A stretch of 64,000 nucleotides of DNA, from positions 24,304,001-24,368,000 of the forward strand of contig OX597829.1 in assembly GCA_951406725.2 (NCBI GenBank), in the 5' to 3' direction. The position numbers and the translations under genes are program-made. This document shows positions 26,657 to 39,942 of this stretch, in pieces. The notes below the pieces were generated by a model. The model did no database searches and had not been told where the DNA came from. It saw only the letters and a list, made by a program, of their open reading frames with translations. How positions within the stretch are numbered: position 1 is the stretch's first letter; the number at the start of each line of letters is the position of its first letter. This DNA is from Octopus vulgaris. Lineage: Eukaryota.

Positions 26657-27663
26657 ATTTATATTCACAAAACGTATTTTTCTTCTTGTAATGAAACGTG
26701 TACACAGCATTAAAAATGGTGCCACATATTCTGGTCTTTGTTTAGATAGATAGATGGATGGATGGATTTATTATCATCATCATCATTTAACGTCTGTTTT
26801 CCATGTTGACATAAATTGTATGGTTTGACAGGAACTAATTGACCAGAAGACTATGCCAAGCTCTATTGTCTGCTTGGCATGCTTTCTGCAGCTGGATGCC
26901 CCTTCATAATTCCAAACACTTTACAGAGTACACTGGGTGCTTTTAATGTGGCACCAGCACCAGCAGGGTCACCAAGTAACTTGCAAGATAACGACACCAC
27001 AGAGGGGTCCTTGTCTTGCAAGTTACCAAAATAGAGAGTAGTATTGAGGGAGGAGGCTGTTTCCAGTCGATGAGAGATTAATGTATAAATTGAAAGATAG
27101 AGATAGGTGTCTTGCTATTCAGAAGGTACATGGCTACCTCAGTGGGAAAAAAAGAGGACAGAGAGAGAGTGTGTGTGTGTCAACAGGAATGGATAGAAAG
27201 AGATAGTCAGAGAGAGAAAGAGAGACAGAGAAAGGTGGTGATGCTTCAAGACATATTCTCAAGGTATAGTGAATGTATAATATAAAATGCACACATAAAC
27301 GCACACACATGCACACTTCTACATATGTATGCCCATTTTGATACAACGGTTCATATAAATATACATATATATATATATATGCATAAATATAATTATGCAT
27401 ATACACATATGCGCGAACACACATATTTACACTTATATGTAATTACAGATACACTCACACACATATACATACATACACACACATACATTACATACATACA
27501 CACACACACATACATTACATACATACACACACACACACATTACATACATACACACACATACATTTCATATATACACACACACACACACATTTCATACATA
27601 CACACACACACACACACATTTCATACATACACACACACACACACTTCATACATACACACACAT

Positions 27664-27718
<55 letters not shown>

Positions 27719-30700
27719 ACATACATATATACATAACAAATACATACATTCATTCATTTATGCTGATGCTCCAGTATGACAGCAGCCGAATAGCTGAAAC
27801 GTATAAAAGAATACATACACACACATACATGTCAATATATATATATATATATATATATATATCAATGCATACATACATTTATCACACACAGTATGTAGTG
27901 CGAATGAAAATGTATGATATAAAATGTTTACGATGTTTAGATTTAGGTACGTATGTCCTTAATTCAATGAGAGCAGCAACCAGAACGGGGTGGTTCGATC
28001 TGCTAGAAATAGCATCCAAACAACCGTATCATCTTTTAAATAAGACGGGTAAACTTAAGACAATGAAATCCCGATACAGTATCATGGTGGACATTCATAA
28101 CTGGAATACCTTTGATTATAAGCCTGACTGCTTGATCATTACCACCTGGGGGTGGGGTGGGGGCTGAACAAAGAAAAAAAAAACTTTAACAATATTTATT
28201 TTCATCAATTTGTATTCTGCGTTCAAATCCAGCTGGATTCACATCACCTTCCATTCCTCTGGTGTGAGTTGATACAATATACAGCAGTAAAGAACAAGGT
28301 GTGATTGTATGAACGTATATATATATATATATATACAAACACACACACACAGAGGTTTATAACGATGTGTATTAATAGCGGAGAATGAACTGTGTTGTGT
28401 CGTCAGCAATCGACCCATATATATTTCAGAGTAAATATGAGAGGCCCTACACTGTTTATTTTAAAGTGCATGGCAATGACTTTTTTTTTTCCCTTTACAT
28501 GAGGTGTATGTTATGATGGTATGGAAGGAAGTAGAGAGCATTTGCCCGTTCAATGATGATGATGATGATGATAATAATAATAATTACTGCTATAGGGAAA
28601 AATAGATATGAAATTTTAGAAGAGAGGCTAGTCGAGTACATCAACTCCAGAACGCAACTGGTACTTATTTTATCGAGTTCGAAAGGACGAAAGGCAAATT
28701 CAATCTCGGCAGAACTTGAACTCACAACGTAAAGACGGACGAAATACCTATTTCTTTATTACCCACAAGGGGCTAAACACAGAGGGGACAAACAGACATA
28801 GGTATTAAGTCGATTACATCGACCCCAGTGCGTGCTCGAAGAAGTCTTCTTTTTTTTTAATCTAATTTAGGCGCATCGCTAGATTTTTTTTTTTTACAAG
28901 AGAGGGGTTAGACGATTAAATAAAACACAGTATTTGACTAGTTACTTTATTTTATTGACCACGGAAGGATGAAATAATAACGAATTCTTTTACTGACCAC
29001 ACGGGCCCAAGACGTTTGGGGACAGTACAAGGACAAAATGCATAATAAAATAATAATAATAATGTTGTTTCTTTAGTAGACACAAGGCCGTTTGGGGGGA
29101 GAGACAGGTTCGAGTACTCCACTCGTTCTCTTCCCACCAACCTCTGCAAAGTAATCATAATGATTTATTTATATTAGAGCAAGGTCACACATCCGTACAG
29201 AAGTAGTCAACTGAATCAACACCTCATTTTCTTCCCTAGCGCATCACTCCTTATAACACTGATATATATATATATATTTATAATAAATATTTACGTTATA
29301 TAAGTCTCCGTCTTTTCACACACATACAGTGTGTGTATGTATGTGACATGGCATTTTGGGGTTTATGTCGTATTATAACGGTACCATATTGTGATGTGAT
29401 GTTTGTGTTGATATGGTAGTTATGGTACTATTGCTTAAATCTGATTGATCAGATCAATGATCAAAAACATTCCAGCTGATACCATTCCATTTTTTTAGGT
29501 ATATCTAGGAATACATTATCTAAACTCTCTCTCTCTCTCTCTCTCTCTCAAAATGGCATTGTGCGATATGAGGAAGATTTGGCTACTATTGCTATGTTGT
29601 TGTCCTTGGTGATTATAGGTGTGATGTTTATTGCTGCTTCGTTATTCGCGCTCCCTCCCCAATTTTAAATCACATTAATACAAATATTTACGATGGCGAA
29701 TTGAAGGAAGGACAGTATTGGGGGAGTTTTAATTAAACGAATTAAAAAAACATATCAGCACTTGTTGACAGTCTAATGTTGAACACGAAACCGAGATAAA
29801 TATTTGGTGACAAACCATCCTGCAAGTTGTCACATGAGGACAGAGAGAGAGAGAGAGAGAGAGTGTGTGTGTGTGTGTGTGTTTATGTGTGTGCGCGCGC
29901 GCGAACGAGGAAGGTAGACGCAAGAATATAAACAGAAAGGAAAGTAGATAGAATGAAATTAGTGTACACTGTGTGTGTATATATATATATGTATGTATAC
30001 ATATATACACATGCAAGAAACGATTATGTATATTACATATATATACTGCCCGTATGTGTAAATATATGTAGGGGAGAGAAAGAAAATTACATGTGCTTGA
30101 ATACACATGTTGAAACTGCGGGATAACTATATATATATATATATACATACACACACACACAAATCACAAAACAAGTACATATTACGGTAATAAAGGGGTG
30201 GAGAGAGAGGCTGGGATTCGATATATTTTTATCTGTTTATAAAATAAAATATTAAATAACAATATGCATCATCATCATCGAAAATGGCAGGAATATTATG
30301 TAAACTAACATATTTAATAATCTCTACACGAATCGTAAATTGAAAGCAAACAAAATTAGAAATTAATTGATATATGTATGTACATAATTACTTAAATTAG
30401 TGCTGTGATTTACTTCTGAAGAGTAGCAATCCAAATTAAATCAATGACAAGGATGTATATATCAGCAATCTTTCGTAATTGTCATTGATTTAATATATAT
30501 ATATATATATATATATATGAAGAGAGAAAGAGAGATACATAAGGAGGGAATAGTCCTTATAATTAAAAAAAAAAACAGTGGGTATTGAAATCAAAGTGTT
30601 GCCAATTAAAGTACCAGTCAAATACTTGGAGTCCATCTGATATTAATAATATTATAAAACAATAACGAAACATGTCCCCATCATTGCATTATTTATTTTT

Positions 30701-30863
30701 ACAGTTTTACACTAAATTACACTATTACTAACAAATAGTTTTTAGTTTGTATTGCGGCTTTTTAATTTCTTTTTCTTTTTCAAATGTGAAACACGGGTGA
30801 CTTGCTCTCATCTCCATAATATTTCTATTAACTACTTTGCTTAATACCTCTCTCTCTCTCTTC

Positions 30864-30927
<64 letters not shown>

Positions 30928-31939
30928 AATGTGCTAAATTACTATTCAAAAATATTTTAAGGATAAACATTAGATTGTTGTGAATATAACTGTAGAATTA
31001 GTTAGTTCCTGGGCGGGGAATAGTAATTTACCGTTGATTGCAGATTAAAAAAAAAAAGAATTATCAAAAGTTGAAGTCATAAAAATACAAAATGAATAAA
31101 GAAGAAGAAAAAAAAGCAGTGTTTATTATAATTTCTTTAAATATTTCAAAGACAGGGAGTAAATGGAATCAATGAAGAACAAAATAAAAATAAATAAATT
31201 GAAACGGTGTTGGTAAGTGGTTGTGCGGATGAGTAAATATTTTCATTTGACATTCACTTGTTAATTGATTTAACCAACTTGTATACTGAATACAAGAAAC
31301 GGTCGGTCGTAAATTCCACTTTCTAAAATGCATCTTTTAATTTTTAAAAAATTTATCGTAAATTACCTGTAACACTCTATGAGAGGGTGTTGTTTAATTT
31401 AAAATATTTATCATATGCATTCATGCGAATGGTCTTTTTATAAGAGCATCAACAAAAACAAATGCACTAAAGCAACGAGGTCGCTTGTCCTATAAGAAAT
31501 AGCAGACCAAATTTACTTCAAATGCACGCCAAGAGTAATGAAAACAACTTATAAAGAATCAACAGGCTACAGCAAAACCTGGAAACACTTTCTTAAAATG
31601 CTGTTCGCTGATACATGAATATAAATAATTAAACACACAAAAATTAAACACACAAAAATTAAACACACAAATCAGTGTTGAGTATTTATGTATCTGTATG
31701 TGTATGTATGAGTGTCGTGTGTATGTGTCTGTATGTGTATGTATGTATGTATGAGTGTCGTGTGTATGTATGTATGCAAGCATGCATGCATTTGAAGAAT
31801 GAGTGAAAGAAGGAGTATTTTAGCTTGTGTCCCATTGCATCCTCAAATGTATAAAAAAATATTATAAGTATATAAAACAAAGATGAGGATATATATATAT
31901 ATACATATACATAAAAGTATGTATGAATATTTAACTTAC

Positions 31940-32019
31940 TTGTCAGTGCTAGCTCCTGTAGATGTATTAGACAAGGTGCTAGTTGACTTTGGCAGCATGT
32001 TTCGCCTGCCGTAACTCAT
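31940..32019 (-). CDS. Candidate first coding exon of an unidentified host gene
   Basis: ATG..MSYGRRNMLPKSTSTLSNTSTGASTD plus AA, then a consensus donor GTAAGT; unique, CpG-retaining sequence downstream of CCAAT/CRE-like motifs. Confidence 0.5.
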
Positions 32020-32192
32020 AACTATTTGCTTTGGAGATATTAAACTATTGTGAGATCCACTTCTGATACTGTAAAGTTGTAATTAGCAATCCAAACTGTT
32101 TCTGCGACATAAAATCAGTCGTACAGTAACGGTGATCCAGTTGCACTAACTGTAAGGCAATCGCCATGCTTTCCTAGTCGTTCGTTCATCAA

Positions 32193-32230
32193 TTACGTCA
32201 TAAATCTCGGGCTGATTGCTGATTGGCTAC
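32193..32230 (-). promoter_or_regulatory. Candidate promoter: CCAAT box and CRE/ATF-like site
   Basis: Minus strand AGCCAATCAGCAATCAG (NF-Y-like) and TGACGTAA about 180-210 bp upstream of the ATG. Confidence 0.45.
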
Positions 32231-34708
32231 GGTTAATAGCGCCAGTTACAAGCAGTGTGGAGATGATCTTCGTCTCCTTCATACATGCAATATGGCTAAG
32301 GGAAAATACTGTAGAACAGCATTCTAAATATTAAATACAAATTCGATAAGGACTCACACGTGTGATACATTGATTTGAAAAACTTCAATCAACTGGAATT
32401 ATCCATGCAATCAGTAGATTGAACTTTTCTCTACAGCTGTTCAATATAGCCAAAATAATAATCAGGGGAGGTAACTCCAAAAGTTCTAATACAAATGTTT
32501 TAAAAATATAGATATTGCAGTATGAGAGTGGATTTAATCTTTAATGCTAACTGGTGAAAATATTGGATATTTCAGTCTTGTGAAACTTCTTTAGTGAAGT
32601 ATATTCCACACTATTAGTGTCAGACTGCAACTAGTACCAGTATACTAGTACCTCTGTGGTATGCAGTGGAAATCTGAAGCAACCACAACCAAGCAAACAC
32701 AATTTGTGTGTCTAAAAAAATGTGGTGAGGGTGGGAGGATCCTTTTTATTGTTTCCATCCTCTAATCATCGGGAACAAGGGTTTTCAGCAATGTTTACAT
32801 TCAAAATCAAATTTCTCCTAAAGCTTTCAATTGAGAATGATATGAAGGTGTGTCATTCTGAAACTCTGTCAAGAAGTGAGGCATTTATAAAAAAGAACCA
32901 AAATCATCCATCTCATTAAAACATCCTCATCATCATTTAACGTCCATTTTTCCATGCTGGCATTGGACGGTTTAGTAGGAACTGGCAAGCTGAAGAGCTG
33001 CCTAGGTTTCATATCCGTTTTGGCATAATCTCTACAGCTGGATGCCCTTCCTAATGCCAAATATTAATTTTATTTAAATTATTTCTCAGATAGTCACATT
33101 GCCAGAAATTTTGAGGTAGAAAACAGCCAATTAAATTAATCCTGGCACAAGTCTAGTGCTTTATTTGACTGAACCTACAAAGACAAAAGGTAAGGTTGAC
33201 CATGGTGAGATCTAAATGTATTTAAATTAAATCAATAAACAAATATTACTTGTCTATTATTACCTGTTCTACAGTATCCACTCATTCTATGCTGTATTCT
33301 TCTTGTGGATAATCCAACTCTATCATGGACTCTATGAAGAACTCAGATGGCAAAATTAAGATGAATTAATATTTCATTGTCATCATCGTTGTCGTTATCA
33401 TCATCAACATCACCACCACCACCACCACCACAACCATCACTGCCACCGCAGCCACCAAACCAGTACCATCATAATCACCACACCCATAATGATGATGATG
33501 ACGATGACAACTGCCACCACTGTCATTATCATGCAGTAATCATCTTCATCACCATGACCACCACCACCACAACTGCCGCCACCACCACCACCATCATATC
33601 ATCATCATCATCATCAATTTACACCCATTATCCATGCTGGCATGGGTTGGATGAGCATTAGAGTCCAAATAATATCTTATTGAGAACTATTACTCCTGAA
33701 GACTAGTACTCATAGGTGCCATTTGGCTTGGTTCTTACAGCCAGATGCCTTTACTGTTTGCAACCACTTAGCAGAATGTACTGGGTGTATTTTCCCATGG
33801 CACCAACTCTAGAATAATGAGAAAGGGGAGGTAATGACTGCTGAAAAACTAGAAATGGAGGCGATGGGAGTATATGGGTCAGGATTACTCAATAAGCCAG
33901 GTGACCTAGAAGGGGAATTGGGAGAGAAAGAAAGAGGGAATGAAACATTAGAAGGGATAGGAGGGGCAAGAGATTTTGATGGGGAATGTAAGATGGGGAA
34001 CATCAAGGATATTTAAGGGTGGAGTCAACAGAGGAATGATTGGCAATAGCAATCCCACATCACAAATGTAAACTGATGGAGTGAGGAAGGGTCAGTCGCC
34101 AACCTCAATGTAGAGACGTAGGTCATGTTATTTGACCTTATGAGAAAGAAACAGCAAGCAAATAGACATTTCATCTAAATGCCCATCTCCCTGCAGCTAG
34201 GGGTAAGTGGGAGGGGTTATCCATCACCACACCACTAAAAGTTTGTTGATGTACATCGTGTTAGACATGCCTGAATTACATACACATGTACAAGCATACA
34301 TATATAATATACATACAAACGTACATGCATATGTACATACATTCATACTTTCTCTCACACACATATACAGATATATAGATATATACACACATGAATATAT
34401 AAGTAAATCTATAAACATATATACACACACAAATGCACATATATCCATAGATATACATGAAATTCATGTCTATACACACGCACACACACACACATGCACA
34501 TGCGCTGATATATACATACACATACATACACAGGGCCGAACACATATGTGCACACTTGCTATAGCTAAAATTTCACACGTATATATATATATAGATTACT
34601 ACAAGTAAAGACACATGCACACACACACACACACACACACACACTCAAAGACATATTCATACATACAATATACACACCCCAATGATATAAAATAATCAAC
34701 TAACAAGG

Positions 34709-34887
34709 CATAGGAGTGGCTATGTGGCAAATAACTTGCTTACCAACCACATGATTCCAGATTCAGTCCCAATGCATGGCACCATGGGCAAGTGTCTTCT
34801 ACTATAGCCTCAGGCAGACCAAAGCCTTGTGAGTGGATTTGGTAGTCGGAAATTGAAAGAAGCCTATTGGATGTATATATATGTATG

Positions 34888-34943
<56 letters not shown>

Positions 34944-35276
34944 CAAAATAAGCACCTTACTTTGAGTTGTATGGATAATACTGCACTGACCTAGTGGTTC
35001 AACTTAAGTGCCTAATTCAATTGAATCTCAATTATTTCTATATATATATGTATATATAGGTGTGTGTATGTTTGTGTGTCTCTGTTTGTTCCCCCCCCCC
35101 CCATCATCGCTTGACAACCGATGCTGGTGTGTTTACGTTTACTTAGCGGTTCAGCAAAAAAATATAGAATAAGTACTAGGCTTACAAATTATAAGTTCTG
35201 GAGTCGATTTGTTCAACTAAAGGTGGTGCTCTAGCATGGCCACAGTCAAATGACTGAAACAAATAAAAGAATAAAA
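34709..35276 (+). mobile_element. tRNA-derived SINE with a short insert in its (TA)n tract
   Basis: Same family as 12428; the insert at about 34940-35040 also occurs at about 25520-25640. Confidence 0.75.
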
Positions 35277-35347
35277 GTGACTATAATTATCTATATATAC
35301 ATACTTATATATAGACACACATACACATATCCATATACATATATGTA

Positions 35348-35404
<57 letters not shown>

Positions 35405-35412
<8 letters not shown>

Positions 35413-36361
35413 CCCATATGTGGGCCTACCAAATGAACAAAAGGACCACTTTTTTTATGATATTATTCTGCAGGCTACCTCAAAGACAAGTGACAATGAT
35501 CTCATCTTCATGGCTAGTGATTTCAATGGGCATGTCAGACAGCAGCCCAGCATCTACCATGGTGTATATGGGGAGGGGGCATGGAATTGGTTCCCAAAAG
35601 GAAGAGGGGGTAAGGCTACTGGAGCTCTGTAATGCAAATAACTTAATGATCTACAACACCAACTTCAGGAAGATGGCCAGCCACCTGATAACCTACCTAT
35701 CAGGTGACTTTGTTAGCCAGATTGATCACATTCTTACCAGACAGCAAGCTACATGGTCTCTCCTAAATACAAAGACCCTCCCTGGTGAAGAATGTACCCT
35801 GCCTAACATAGACTAGTCACTAGTGACTTTACACTTCAGGTCAGAAGGATGCCAAGAAGCAGACCAATCTGGAAAAAAAGATTTAGAAGCTTAAGGACCC
35901 TCCATATGGTCAGAGATTTAGGGACATCCTAATCGAGAAATTTAATGAGAGGTAGGAGGAGATACAGACTTGTGACATAGAGGGCAACTGGGAATTCTTG
36001 TGGGAAAGCTTGCAGAGAGTCATAGACCATATCTGCAGCTGGTACAAAGTCCCATCAAGACCTAGGGTGATGTGGTCCATTAGAGCAAAGAAACAGGCCT
36101 AGAAGGCCTTGAAGACTGTGAGTGGCGGGGAACTGTATCAGAGAGCAAGAAGGGAAGCTAAGAGACAGGTATGTCTAGCCAAAGGTGGAGCAGAAAAAAA
36201 GTTTGCTTATGTTCAGCAACATGAAGACCAAAGACTTGAATTGTTTCAGATTGCAAGACAGCATGTGAGAGAAAATTGTGATGTCATAGGAGAGAAATGT
36301 ATCAGCATGGATGAGAGTGCACTTGCATTTAATGCTTTTGCAAAGAAAGAGGGTTGGAGAT
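35405..36361 (+). pseudogene. RTE-clade LINE, AP endonuclease and linker region
   Basis: [46 protein letters not shown]; frameshifted. Confidence 0.88.
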
Positions 36362-36641
36362 TGTGGGATGACGTCAGCAGCCGGGTGCGTTGACCGGAAG
36401 CTGGGGCAACCGGAAGGGGTCAGCCATCAGGCGTGCACAGGGAGCGGGGAATTGCGCCCTTTCCAACGTGGGTCGTGGAGGTGACAAGATGTGTGAGGAC
36501 GTCGCTAAGGGTTTGGGCTAGCAGCTGCTATCGTTAGTGTTCGGGTCGGGGCTGTGTGGAAGGACTAGTCACCATTGGAGGGTCTCCGTCACTAAGAAGA
36601 GAAGGTAGGTGCCTCTATATTCAAATCGCGCACACACTACA
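36362..36641 (+). repeat. 5' LTR
   Basis: TGTGGGATGACGTCA...CACACTACA; matches 39943-40236. Confidence 0.95.
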
Positions 36642-36653
36642 AGCTATTTCGGC
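36642..36653 (+). promoter_or_regulatory. Non-canonical primer-binding site complementary to tRNA-Phe nt 1-12
   Basis: AGCTATTTCGGC is the reverse complement of GCCGAAATAGCT, the 5' end of metazoan tRNA-Phe(GAA) as recalled from vertebrate sequences. Confidence 0.7.
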
Positions 36654-36685
36654 CGTTCTTAAACATTTACATTTTTTTCAACACG

Positions 36686-37114
36686 ATGTCTGCAAAAATT
36701 AGGACCGCCAGTGACGTCGTCAGACCTTTTAATGGCGGCGAAGGCGATGTAGTGGCCTGGATTCGCAAAATCAGGCTGGTGGCAAGACTGCAGGGCATAA
36801 GCGACGTGGCGAGTCTTATGGCGCTGTATTTAGAAGGGAGCGCGTTAACGCTCTACCTAGAGATGACGGTGACGGAGGCGCGTAAAGACGGACGACATCC
36901 CAAGAAAGAGGTACAGAAGCTTACCGTGCAACGAGAGCGGCCGTTCTCAGGACGGTGTTTTAGATGCCAGGGACCGCACATGGCGCGGGACTGTACGCAG
37001 CCGGGGCCCGTTTACTATCGATGCAGGCAGACAGGGCACATTGCCCGTGATTGCGACCAGGGAAACGACCGCGGGGAAGTTGCTGCCTCTCGAACTTTCT
37101 CCTCAAACGAGTAG
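36686..37114 (+). CDS. gag: Gag (short, probably internally deleted) with zinc knuckles
   Basis: CFRCQGPHMARDC and YYRCRQTGHIARDC knuckles. Confidence 0.85.
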   Translation: MSAKIRTASDVVRPFNGGEGDVVAWIRKIRLVARLQGISDVASLMALYLEGSALTLYLEMTVTEARKDGRHPKKEVQKLTVQRERPFSGRCFRCQGPHMARDCTQPGPVYYRCRQTGHIARDCDQGNDRGEVAASRTFSSNE

Positions 37115-39764
37115 AGGTGCTATTGGAGTCGCTGCCATTGATTGACGTGGAGGCCAAGGGGGAGACGTTCAAGGCCCTTGTGGATATGGGCTGTACGACC
37201 ACCCTGGTGACTTCGAGGGTGACGAAGGAATGGAACGGGGTGAGTAGTGTCCGGGCGGTCGACGGCAGCGAAATCCGTTGCAGAGGCAGCAGCAAGGTAG
37301 AGATAGTGGTGCGCAGCGCGACGCTAAGGCTGCAGGCAATTGTGGCCGAACGCATGATAGATGGAGTTGATGTGGTGATGGGGATGGACGCCATCAACTG
37401 CCTCGGTGGCGTCAGTGTTGTGGGAAATGAGGTCACGTTCGGAAGCGTGGGGGCGTCGTGCACTGCGAGTCGGGATCGCCAGAGAGAGCAGAGCCCCGCG
37501 AGGGACTGCGCCGCTTACACCATCGAGGACAAAGACTTTCAGGCGGCGTTCGATGGTCAGCGGTGGAAGATAGAGTGGCGATGGAAGGACGAGCTCCTGA
37601 CGCTGGAGAACAGAGTGAGCTGTTACCAGCATACTCTGAAAGGCCACGCCAGGGTCGAGTTTGAAGACGAGGTGGAGAGGTGGATCGAGGAAGGGGTCCT
37701 TGTCCCTTGGAAGGAGGAGGTAGCGGGCAGAGTGCTACCCCTGATGGCGGTGGTGCAGCCTACGAAGGGAAAAGTCAAACCGGTGCTGGACTTCAGGGAG
37801 CTAAACCAGCACATATCATGTCACACGGGAGGTGAGGAGACAGACGTTTGTGGCGAGGCATTACGTAAATGGAGACAGTCGACTGAGGCAGCGACGATTG
37901 TCGACTTGAGATCGGCATACTTGCAGCTCCATGTGAGCGACAAACTGTGGCGATATCAGCTGGTGCGGTACAAGGGCCGGACGTACTGTCTAACCAGGCT
38001 GGGTTTCGGGCTGAATTCCGCTCCGAAGATCATGCGGCAGTGCTTAGGTCCATCCTAGGGAAAGACGGCAAGATTAGAAAGGCCACCAGCTCCTACATTG
38101 ACGACATTTTGGTGGACGAAACTGTAGTGCCAGCCGACGAGGTAGTTAGACATCTGGAGAAGTTCGGACTGATTGCTAAGCCACCGGAGTCGATTGAAGG
38201 GGGAGCCGCGCTGGGGCTGAAGCTGCGAAGAGATGGATCAGGTGAATTGGTGTTCCAGAGAGGAAAGGAAATCCCAGAGCTGAGTTCCAGCGTCAGCAGG
38301 AGAGAGCTGTTCTCGGTGTGTGGGAAGTTGGTCGGTCACTACCCGATCGCTGGATGGCTGCGCACGGCGTGTAGTTACACCAAGAGACGAGCAGAAGGAG
38401 AGAGGTGGGGCGACAAGGTGGGAGAAGGGACGGTGGCGATGATGCAGGAGATCCTAGAGAGGACAAGAGCGGAAGACCCGGTCAGGGGGAACTGGTACGT
38501 GCCCAAGACGAAATGCGGGACTGTCTGGTGTGATGCTAGCGGTATAGCGATAGGGGTGGTGTTGGCAATCGAAGGCACTGCGGTGGAGGACGCGGCCTGG
38601 CTTCGGAAAGCAGATGATTTCAACCACATCAATGTCGCCGAATTAGACGCGCTGCTGAAAGGGGTGAACTTGGCCTTGAAATGGGGGCTGCGCACGATTG
38701 AAATCCGGACGGATTTGGCCACTGTGCTTGGCTGGGTAGGATCGGTGATCACCGGTGACAGGAGAGTGCGGACGAAATGTGCTGCGGAGATGTTAGTGAA
38801 GCGCCATCTAGGAGTTCTAGGTGAATTTATCACCGAGTTCGGACTGAAGCTGAACGTGGTTTTTGTGCCTTCGGAGAAAAACAGGGCGGACGTACTGACC
38901 AGGGTGAAAAGAGCGTGGTTGGAAGAACCGGAGGAGGCCCGGAAGGGGATAGCTGCGGTGTGTCGGTTGGATGACTCTGAACTGAAGAAACTGCATGCTA
39001 TGCATCACCTGGGTGTGGACAGGACCCTGTATCTGGCAAAAAAAAATTGATGCTGACGTCACTAGGAGAAGCGTCTGGAAGGTGGTCGGGAGCTGCGACA
39101 GGTGTCAGTCCATCGACCCTGCTCCGTGTGGGCATGAACAGGAAGCCTTTCCGTGGAGCAGAACTGGAAAAGGCTAGCTGTGGATGTGACACACTACCGT
39201 CAGCGAATGTACCTCTCCATGGTCGACTGCGGGCCGGGCCGGCTGGCCATTTGGAGGGAGTTGAGATCGGGCATTGCTGACGAGATCGCGCAGATCCTGA
39301 ACGGGATATTTTTAGAGAGAGGTCCCGTAGAAGAACTACTGATGGACAACGGGGCGGCGTTTCGTTCGGAAGCATTGAGGACTATGCTTGATCGGTGGAA
39401 TGTGCGACGCTTGTTCAGAGCAGCGTATAGGCCGAGCGGTAACGGGATCGTGGAGAGGCACCATCGGACAGTCAAGGCCATAGCGGAAAGAGGGCACATT
39501 TCGCCGCTTGAAGCAGTTTTTTGGTACAACTTGTCTCCCCGATCCGGACAAGCTGAGGAATCTGTGCCGCAGAGAGCTGTGTTCAAATATGAATGGAGGC
39601 ACCCGAGCAAAGCGCCGGAGGATCACGAGGAAGAGAAGGGACCCATTCGCATGAAAATAGGGGAGGAAGTCTGGGTCAAGCCACCAAAGGCGCGCTGTAC
39701 GTCTCAATGGAGCAGGGGAATGGTGACGGCGATCAATTCCAGAAGCAACGTATCCGTAGAATGA
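37051..39764 (+). pseudogene. pol: Pol polyprotein (protease, RT, RNase H, integrase), frameshifted
   Basis: ALVDMG protease (degenerate D-T/S-G), PVLDFRELN, FGLNSAP, YIDD, WCDASG..AEL, H..H..CDRC, VDV..MDNG..NGIVER; frame changes near 38040, 39047 and 39150. Confidence 0.92.
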
Positions 39765-39942
39765 ATACCACGACACGTCTTGGACCTTCGCAGGATTGTT
39801 GCTTCAACGGACGATGATTCTGGAGAGGGGGAGAACGAGGAGCCCAGCTTGAGAAGATCTCGACGAGCAAGGTGCTCTCCCGGTTGGATGGTGGACTACA
39901 ACATGGAGCGGAGAGATTGTGATCTTTAAGATCAGGGTGGCG

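Noticed and set aside
26976-27026. 16-bp hairpin gtaacttgcaagataa / ttgtcttgcaagttac
   Set aside because: Lies within an RTE-tail repeat; probably a small local inversion with no sign of function
27325-28167. 280-aa His/Thr/Tyr/Ile-rich ORF and many similar ORFs
   Set aside because: Translations of (CA)n/(TA)n microsatellites that lack stop codons
32051-32155. miRNA-like seeds (tgagatc, ttgcact)
   Set aside because: No match beyond the seed and no pre-miRNA-length hairpin
36960-39776. Antisense ORFs within the Gypsy element
   Set aside because: Expected shadow ORFs of GC-rich coding sequence
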